A stretch of 64,000 nucleotides of DNA from Candidatus Levyibacteriota bacterium (lineage in GTDB: Bacteria > Patescibacteriota > Microgenomatia > Levybacterales > UBA12049): NCBI GenBank assembly GCA_052034235.1, contig JBPOIT010000005.1, positions 177,698-241,697 on the forward strand, read 5' to 3'. The notes under the pieces were generated by a model. That model was not told where the DNA came from and searched no databases. It saw only the letters and a program-made list of their open reading frames with translations. Below are positions 59,201 to 64,000 of the stretch, piece by piece. The translations under genes were made by a program, and so were the position numbers. Each line of letters begins with the position of its first letter. Position 1 is the first letter of the stretch.

Positions 59201-59496
59201 AAGAAGATGGCCAACATGTAAAAATTGGCGGTATTATTGAAAATGCAAAAAAAATCTTCACAAAAAAATCGAATGCAGAAATGGCTTTTCTTATGCTGAC
59301 AAACGAAAAAGGAATAGGTATAGAATGCGTTATCTTTCCAAAGATATTTGAGCAATATAAAGAACACCTCACAACCGATACTGTCATTCTCATCGACGGT
59401 CGTTTAGATACCAAAAATGATAAGACTGCAATTATTGCTGAATCCATAACACCAATTGCTCATCTACAGCTTGACTTAACGCCTAAGAATAATTAA
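56251..59496 (+). CDS. dnaE: DNA polymerase III alpha subunit
   Basis: 1081 aa. Has an N-terminal PHP domain (HLHNHSEFSLLDG), a polymerase core (GRGSAAGS, PDIDLDF) and a C-terminal OB-fold region. Confidence 0.9.
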   Translation: MSKFVHLHNHSEFSLLDGLQKTKNMVAYAKELGMEALAITDHGNMYGTIKFYKACMDAGIKPIIGCEIYVAKRSLHDKEKDVDKNYNHLILLAENDQGYKNLMKIVTVANLEGYYYKPRTDLELLKKYHEGIICLSACVNGYVSEPIMHGDDAEGEKRALKLAEIFGPDHFYLEIQHHLDVPPQEPVNEKLIALSKKLGLPLVATNDNHYTRKDDAEAQEALLCIQTQSTLLDKNRKLSMVSSPDFYIKSAEEMEKLFIETPEAIENANKIAERCNVEIILGKWHMPVFEVPEGLTPAEYLTQLVYEGAEIRYKTITEDIKERIEYELSIITKKKYETYFLVVSDFVNWAKDQGIAVGPGRGSAAGSVVAYTLRITDADPFFFNLPFERFLNPYRPSAPDIDLDFADIRREEVIAYVTKKYGADKVAQIITFGTMEAKGAVRDVGRVMGMPYAGPDRISKMIPPGWQGQSMTIDNALTQSIDLKRAYESEPETKKLLNLAKKLEGVARHASVHAAGVVIADKPLTEYTPLQRETNGEKVVTQYDMYTVGEDGVGLLKMDFLGLRNLTIIEETIKFIKENQNVDIDFTKVDITDEKTYKLLSEGETTGIFQLESAGMRRYIKELKPTSIFDLQAMVALYRPGPMANIPEFIKRKHNPELIAYPFPQLKEILKQSYGVLTYQDDVLLSVIELAGYTWLEVDKFRKAMGKKIASEMKKQAELFIQGCVKNGLTLKQAEGFYELIAPFAGYGFNKAHAACYAIIAFRTAYLKANFPVEFMSALLTAESRGTSGPQKNEKVSQAVAECKRLGVPILPPHINKSRTDFSIEDKTQVRFGLSAIKNVGAAAIETIIQARTEKKFTSFQDFCMRVNLSTVNKKTMESLIKAGAMDKFGNRASLLITLPEIVSKVSQLKKQSAEGQVSLFEEEESSAEEITFTKVDVDDFTKIEKLNFEKEFFGFYLTSHPHMDTLSAIKQYITHEIDLLEEEEDGQHVKIGGIIENAKKIFTKKSNAEMAFLMLTNEKGIGIECVIFPKIFEQYKEHLTTDTVILIDGRLDTKNDKTAIIAESITPIAHLQLDLTPKNN

Positions 59497-59506
59497 AATA
59501 TGCTTG

Positions 59507-59529
59507 TCCCGTCGGATCGGGATTTTTTT
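59507..59529 (+). terminator. intrinsic terminator after dnaE
   Basis: A stem TCCCG-TCGGAT-CGGGA followed by TTTTTTT. It ends 5 nt before the atpB ATG. Confidence 0.6.
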
Positions 59530-59534
59530 AGTTT

Positions 59535-60254
59535 ATGTTAGAACTGAAAGCAGAGACACTCGCACACATCGGACCCTTTCCTATAACCAACGCCATCGTT
59601 GATACCGTTCTCGTAGATATTATTCTGATCGCACTTGCTGTTTATATTTATAGAAGTGCCAAGCTAAACCCAACAAAATTCCAAAGTATTATCGAAATGG
59701 TAATTGAAGGCTTTTATAATCTTACAAATCAAGTAGCACCGCAAAATGCTAAAAAGATCTTTCCATTTGTTATGACTTTTTTTCTCTTTATTTTGATTTC
59801 AAACTGGACTGGTCTACTCCCAATTATCACAGCAATAACTGTCGGTCATGGTGAACATGAAGCGCATCTCATTCGAAGTGCCTCAACAGATTTGAACACA
59901 ACAATGGCGCTTGCTTTGGTTTCACTTGTTTCGACTCACACAATGAGTATTCAAACCCTCGGTCTTAAATCATACATTAGTAGATTTTTATCATTTAACC
60001 TACTCGCTCTTTATACAGGAGTTTTGGAGCTTATTTCAGAAATCACAAAGATCATCTCGTTTTCTTTCCGTCTTTTTGGTAATATATTCGTTGGAGAAGT
60101 TATGCTCGTTTCACTGTCTGCAGCATTTGCCTTCTTCCTGCCAATCCCGCTCATTATGTACGAAATGTTCGTCGGTGTGGTGCAAGCAGCTATTTTTGGG
60201 CTATTAACTATGGCATTCATGGGAATTTTTACAACTCCCCATGGAGAGCACTAA
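59535..60254 (+). CDS. atpB: F-type ATP synthase subunit a
   Basis: 239 aa, polytopic. Has the conserved Arg in SFSFRLFGNIFVGEV. Confidence 0.85.
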   Translation: MLELKAETLAHIGPFPITNAIVDTVLVDIILIALAVYIYRSAKLNPTKFQSIIEMVIEGFYNLTNQVAPQNAKKIFPFVMTFFLFILISNWTGLLPIITAITVGHGEHEAHLIRSASTDLNTTMALALVSLVSTHTMSIQTLGLKSYISRFLSFNLLALYTGVLELISEITKIISFSFRLFGNIFVGEVMLVSLSAAFAFFLPIPLIMYEMFVGVVQAAIFGLLTMAFMGIFTTPHGEH

Positions 60255-60279
60255 ATATAAGGGAGGTGATTTGAATTAT

Positions 60280-60486
60280 ATGGAAATTTCAATTACAGGT
60301 GGTATAATCGCAGCAATTGGAGGACTCGGACCTGCACTCGGTGTTGGTTTGATTGGCGCAAAAGCTATGGAAGCAATTGGCCGCAATCCAAACGCATCTG
60401 GCAAGATCATCCCAAACATGATCATCGCCATGGGTTTTGCTGAAGCTATCGCTATTTACGCATTAGTTTTCGCAATTATTGGGTAA
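60280..60486 (+). CDS. atpE: F-type ATP synthase subunit c
   Basis: 68 aa hairpin protein. Has a GxGxGxG helix 1 and the essential acidic residue in MGFAEAIAIYAL. A strong SD (GGGAGGTGA) lies 9 nt upstream. The track ORF starts at 60241. Confidence 0.85.
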   Translation: MEISITGGIIAAIGGLGPALGVGLIGAKAMEAIGRNPNASGKIIPNMIIAMGFAEAIAIYALVFAIIG

Positions 60487-60495
60487 CGAGTAAAA

Positions 60496-60597
60496 TCGAA
60501 ACCCGAAATTCGGAATTGTTCGACGTGCTCACGATACGTAGGTATTATTATACTGAGCAAAGTCGAAGGGTTTCGGATTTCGAAATTCGAATTTCGA
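60496..60597. repeat. ~100-bp palindromic intergenic element with TCGAAACCCGAAATTCG/GGGTTTCGGATTTCG termini plus an 18-bp perfect palindrome
   Basis: Arms TCGAAACCC (60496..60504)/GGGTTTCGG and TTCGAC/GTCGAA flank a 37-nt centre containing TATTATTATACT. TCGAAATTCGAATTTCGA (60580..60597) is a perfect palindrome. It shares the CGAAAYCCGAAATTCG motif with the 48340..48432 element. Confidence 0.55.
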
Positions 60598-60610
60598 GGA
60601 AAGAAATATT

Positions 60611-61117
60611 ATGGAAATTTTTGAAACATTTGGGATTGATGGACTTATTGTCCTTGCGCAAATTGTAAACTTTGTCATTATTTTGTTAATTCTTAAAAAG
60701 TTTGCTTATAAGCCAATTTTTAACATACTTAAAAAGCGTGAAGATTTAATAAAAGATACTGTTGAACGCGCTGAAGAACAAAAGAAAGCACTTGAACGAA
60801 CAGAAGCTGAAGAAAAGAAAATAGTCAAAAAAGCTAACGAATCAGCATCTCAAATCGTAAAAGATGCAAAAGAGCAGGCTGCAACCATCAGAAAAGAAGC
60901 TCAGGAAAAAGCGAAAAATGAAGCTGCGAAGATGATAATAGACGCAAAAGCGCAGATTGAAATCGAGAGAAAAGAAGTTGAAGCAAAGATATTAAAAGAT
61001 GTGACTGGACTTTCTGTCGAACTTTTGAGAAAATCACTATCTAAGATTCTTACTGATAAAGAGCAGGATGAAGTTGTAAAACGTGCAATTACTGTTTTAC
61101 AAAAGCAATCAAACTAA
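60611..61117 (+). CDS. atpF: F-type ATP synthase subunit b
   Basis: 168 aa. Has an N-terminal TM segment and a long charged E/K/A-rich coiled coil. Confidence 0.8.
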   Translation: MEIFETFGIDGLIVLAQIVNFVIILLILKKFAYKPIFNILKKREDLIKDTVERAEEQKKALERTEAEEKKIVKKANESASQIVKDAKEQAATIRKEAQEKAKNEAAKMIIDAKAQIEIERKEVEAKILKDVTGLSVELLRKSLSKILTDKEQDEVVKRAITVLQKQSN

Positions 61118-61120
61118 CAT

Positions 61121-61471
61121 ATGACAAATTTTATTCAGGGACTGGTTGTTAAGAGTTACAAGCAAGATCAATTAGATGAGTCCATTGTCGATTTGGTTGC
61201 AAACAAATTAACACGCAGACAACTAAAGGAGTATATTAAGCTACTTAAACAGCAAGAAAGTAAAAAACAGGTAATTGTAACTGTTCCAAAATCATTAAAC
61301 AGTGAGGAAAGAGATATGCTTCAAAAACTGTTTAATAATAAAAAAATTATGTATACTGTTGATCCATCGATGATCAGCGGCATCAGAATCGTTGATAATG
61401 ATGTAGAATACGAAATAAGTCTTGATCAGATTTTCCAAAACCTGATCGCACATGTAAGTAAACTTGACTAA
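61121..61471 (+). CDS. atpH: F-type ATP synthase delta subunit, short form
   Basis: 116 aa. The C-terminal half (VTVPKSLNSEERDMLQKLFNNKKIMYTVDPSMISGIRIVDNDVEYEISL) resembles the OSCP/delta C-domain. The N-terminal helical domain is much reduced. Confidence 0.6.
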   Translation: MTNFIQGLVVKSYKQDQLDESIVDLVANKLTRRQLKEYIKLLKQQESKKQVIVTVPKSLNSEERDMLQKLFNNKKIMYTVDPSMISGIRIVDNDVEYEISLDQIFQNLIAHVSKLD

Positions 61472-62999
61472 TATGATTGACAATAACGATATTATTAAAG
61501 AATTAGAAAAAAGGCTCGGCAATTTTAATGTTGATCCGAAAACGCAAAACATCGGTGCAGTTGAGAAAAACACTGACGGTGTTATTAGCGCCTCAGGCCT
61601 TTCAAAAGCCTTCATGGGCGAGCTGATTGATTTCCAGGACGGAAGTACTGGTTTTATCCTCAACCTTGACGAAGATAATGCATCTATTATTTTGCTTGAG
61701 GGTGGCAGTAAAGTAAAAGAAGGAGATACTGTCAAAACGACTGGAAAGCAATTAACCATTAACGCATCAGACGATCTGCTTGGAAGAGTCGTTAATCCAC
61801 TGGGTCAACCCATTGATGGCAAACCAACTATCAAAAAAGGCAGTCTTATGCCACTTGAGAAAATCGCAGCAGGTGTTGTCGAACGTGAAAGTGTTGATAC
61901 CCCTATGAAGACCGGTATTAAAGCAATTGACGCTATGTTCCCTATCGGACGCGGACAGCGTGAGCTTATTATTGGAGATCGCGGACTTGGAAAAACAGCA
62001 ATCGCAGTTGATGCAATCATCAACCAGCGCACACAGGAAAAAGGACTTAAAAGAGTTGTCTGTATCTATGTCGCAATTGGCCAAAAACAAAGCTCAACCG
62101 CACAAGTAGTTGAAAGACTCAAGCAAGATGAAGCAATGGATTACACAATCGTTGTTTCAGCAGGAGCATCAGAATCAGCAGCCCTCCAATATCTCGCACC
62201 ATACGCAGGTGTTGCTATCGCTGAATACTTCCTCGAAAAAGGTGAAGATGTTTTGATTGTCTATGACGATTTAACCAAACACGCATGGGCATATCGCCAA
62301 TTATCACTCGTTTTGAGACGTCCAGCAGGACGTGAAGCATACCCAGGAGACATTTTTTATCTGCACAGTAGACTTCTTGAACGGGCAGTTCGCTTGAATA
62401 AGAAAAACGGCGGCGGATCAATTACAGCACTCCCTATTATCGAAACACAAGCTGGAGATATTTCAGCATATATTCCAACCAATGTTATCTCAATCACTGA
62501 CGGACAAATCTTTTTGGTTAACGATCTTTTCAATGCAGGTATCAGACCAGCAATTAACACGGGAACTTCAGTGTCACGTGTCGGTGGCGCTGCCCAAACA
62601 GGTGCAATGAAATCAGTCTCAGGCAAAATGAAACTTGAGATGTCACAATTCCGAGAACTTGCAGCATTTGCACAATTTGGTTCAGAGCTCGATGCAGCAA
62701 CCCAATCTCAGCTTGACCGTGGTTTGAGAACAAATGAAATACTTAAGCAACCACAATTTGCTCCCCTTTCGGAGGCGTTCCAAACACTCAGTATCGCAGC
62801 TGTCACAAGCGGCGCGCTTGATGAAGTTCCTGTCGAAGCAGTTACTCGCTACGAAAGAGATTTCCACGAATACGCAAAAAAACACTATAAGAAACTGCTT
62901 GAAACACTCGGCAGTGGGGCAAAAGTTACCGAAGATGTTTTGAAAGAAGTCAAAAAAGCATCAGACGAATTTAGAAAAAAATTTGTCTTTGATAAATAG
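61464..62999 (+). CDS. atpA: F-type ATP synthase alpha subunit
   Basis: 511 aa. Has Walker A GDRGLGKTAIA and the alpha-specific DDLTKHA and ITDGQIFL motifs. Confidence 0.9.
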   Translation: MTNMIDNNDIIKELEKRLGNFNVDPKTQNIGAVEKNTDGVISASGLSKAFMGELIDFQDGSTGFILNLDEDNASIILLEGGSKVKEGDTVKTTGKQLTINASDDLLGRVVNPLGQPIDGKPTIKKGSLMPLEKIAAGVVERESVDTPMKTGIKAIDAMFPIGRGQRELIIGDRGLGKTAIAVDAIINQRTQEKGLKRVVCIYVAIGQKQSSTAQVVERLKQDEAMDYTIVVSAGASESAALQYLAPYAGVAIAEYFLEKGEDVLIVYDDLTKHAWAYRQLSLVLRRPAGREAYPGDIFYLHSRLLERAVRLNKKNGGGSITALPIIETQAGDISAYIPTNVISITDGQIFLVNDLFNAGIRPAINTGTSVSRVGGAAQTGAMKSVSGKMKLEMSQFRELAAFAQFGSELDAATQSQLDRGLRTNEILKQPQFAPLSEAFQTLSIAAVTSGALDEVPVEAVTRYERDFHEYAKKHYKKLLETLGSGAKVTEDVLKEVKKASDEFRKKFVFDK

Positions 63000-63039
63000 G
63001 TAATCCCTAAACCTAAACTCTTAAACCCAAACCCTAACT

Positions 63040-63903
63040 ATGGCAAGTACAATGCTTTTACAAAGAAGAATAAGGACTGCGCAGAATGTCTCTAAGACGA
63101 CCAAAGCCATGCAGATGATCGCAGCATCAAAACTCAAAAAAGCCCAAGATGCAGCACTTTCTTCACGCCCTTACGTTGAAAAGCTTTCAGAAGTAACAAG
63201 AAATCTTACAACCAAACTCCAAGACACATCCAAACCCAAATACATGGATAATTCAAATAAAAATGGTAAAACACTCCTCATCGTTATCTCACCTGATAAA
63301 GGACTTTGTGGAGGACTCGTCACTAATTTACTCCGAGAAGTACTCAAAAGAAATGCAAAAGACGATTCATATCTCACCATCGGAAAAAAAGTAGAGAACG
63401 GTGTAGCTCACCTTGGCAACGATCTCGTTGCAGCTTTCCCCTTTGGCAACACTCTCCCATCCTTTGAAGTTGTTTATCCAATCATTAAACTTGTCGATGA
63501 ATATTTCCTCACTGGTAAAGTAGAAAAAGTGCAAATCCTCTCAACACATTTTGAAAACCTCTTTACCCAAAAGCCACATGTCACAACGCTTCTCCCCGTT
63601 CAAGCACCCGCTGAAACCTCAAACGATCATTCAACAAATCAATTTCAACTTTTTGAACCAGACTTAGAAGAAATTCTTCCTGATCTTCTTAACAGATATA
63701 TCGAAATGGTAACATATCAGGAAATTATCGAAAGTTATCTTTCAGAACAAGGAGCCCGAATGCTCTCAATGCAAAATGCCACCAACAATGCCAAAGACAT
63801 TATCGAAGATTTAAGACTTGAATATAACAAGTCACGACAAGCAAAAATTACGAGTGAATTACTGGATATTACAGGTGCATCAGCGAGTACAGCAAGCAAT
63901 TAA
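63040..63903 (+). CDS. atpG: F-type ATP synthase gamma subunit
   Basis: 287 aa. Has N- and C-terminal coiled-coil helices (RIRTAQNVSKTTKAMQMIAASKLKKAQ… ITSELLDITGASA), the gamma hallmark. Confidence 0.85.
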   Translation: MASTMLLQRRIRTAQNVSKTTKAMQMIAASKLKKAQDAALSSRPYVEKLSEVTRNLTTKLQDTSKPKYMDNSNKNGKTLLIVISPDKGLCGGLVTNLLREVLKRNAKDDSYLTIGKKVENGVAHLGNDLVAAFPFGNTLPSFEVVYPIIKLVDEYFLTGKVEKVQILSTHFENLFTQKPHVTTLLPVQAPAETSNDHSTNQFQLFEPDLEEILPDLLNRYIEMVTYQEIIESYLSEQGARMLSMQNATNNAKDIIEDLRLEYNKSRQAKITSELLDITGASASTASN

Positions 63904-63953
63904 ATCAATGCGAAAATTAAGCTGATCTGTTATAATACAACTCTAATAAACCT

Positions 63954-64000
63954 ATGGCAGAAACAAAGAAAAATACAAATGGCATCGTTATCAGGGTCCA
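63954..64000 (+). CDS. atpD: F-type ATP synthase beta subunit; the 3' end is truncated by the window edge
   Basis: Starts MAETKKNTNGIVIRV, which fits a beta-subunit N-terminus by position and pattern. Only 15 codons are visible. Confidence 0.5.
   Translation, partial: MAETKKNTNGIVIRV

Noticed and set aside
1-64000. CRISPR arrays, integrases, transposases or prophage blocks
   Set aside because: No direct-repeat/spacer array and no recombinase or transposase-like ORF was seen. The only repeats are the pilin duplication and the two palindromic elements.

Overview
The window is a compact, low-GC fragment, likely from a reduced-genome bacterium (Patescibacteria/CPR-like or similar); the lineage call is inference from gene content. 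The genetic code appears standard, because TGA, TAA and TAG all terminate conserved genes at the expected lengths. Shine-Dalgarno sequences are rare, and many genes look leaderless, with a -10 box 6 nt before the start codon.

In order along the window:
- An aspartate-family amino-acid operon on the minus strand (ilvA-lysC-hom-asd-[P-loop kinase]-thrC). Its genes are joined by ATGA overlaps. It is preceded by a consensus sigma70 promoter, a 15-aa Ile/Thr-rich leader peptide (MSFNNANITITIITT) and an intrinsic terminator, which together form a classic attenuator. A shikimate-kinase-fold gene sits where thrB would be expected.
- A surface-glycan or mannose cluster: PfkB kinase, two GT-C membrane glycosyltransferases, a secreted clan GH-A hydrolase, phosphomannomutase, ManA, a Nudix hydrolase and a SIS-domain PGI/PMI.
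- A type IV pilus locus: PilB, PilC, four minor pilins including an 831-aa pilin-like giant, a bitopic assembly protein, and two near-identical tandem major-pilin genes. The pilin genes share a promoter and an operator-like palindrome. The locus is flanked by two stand-alone receiver proteins and an HPt protein.
- Housekeeping and repair genes: ppsA, gpmA, rsmI, lexA, panC, uvrB, pyk, a yraN gene broken by an in-frame TAA, rplS, pyrG, tRNA-Gly, tRNA-Asp, a LysM protein, PolX, LemA and HtpX.
- Cell-wall and translation genes: MurT/GatD, gatC, a histidine-phosphatase gene, gatA, gatB, a GGDEF diguanylate cyclase and dnaE.
- The start of an F1Fo ATP synthase operon (atpB, E, F, H, A, G and a partial atpD).

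Two intergenic palindromic elements with shared GAAAYCCGAAA termini lie inside operons.

All functional calls come from motif and family recognition by eye. No database searches were run.
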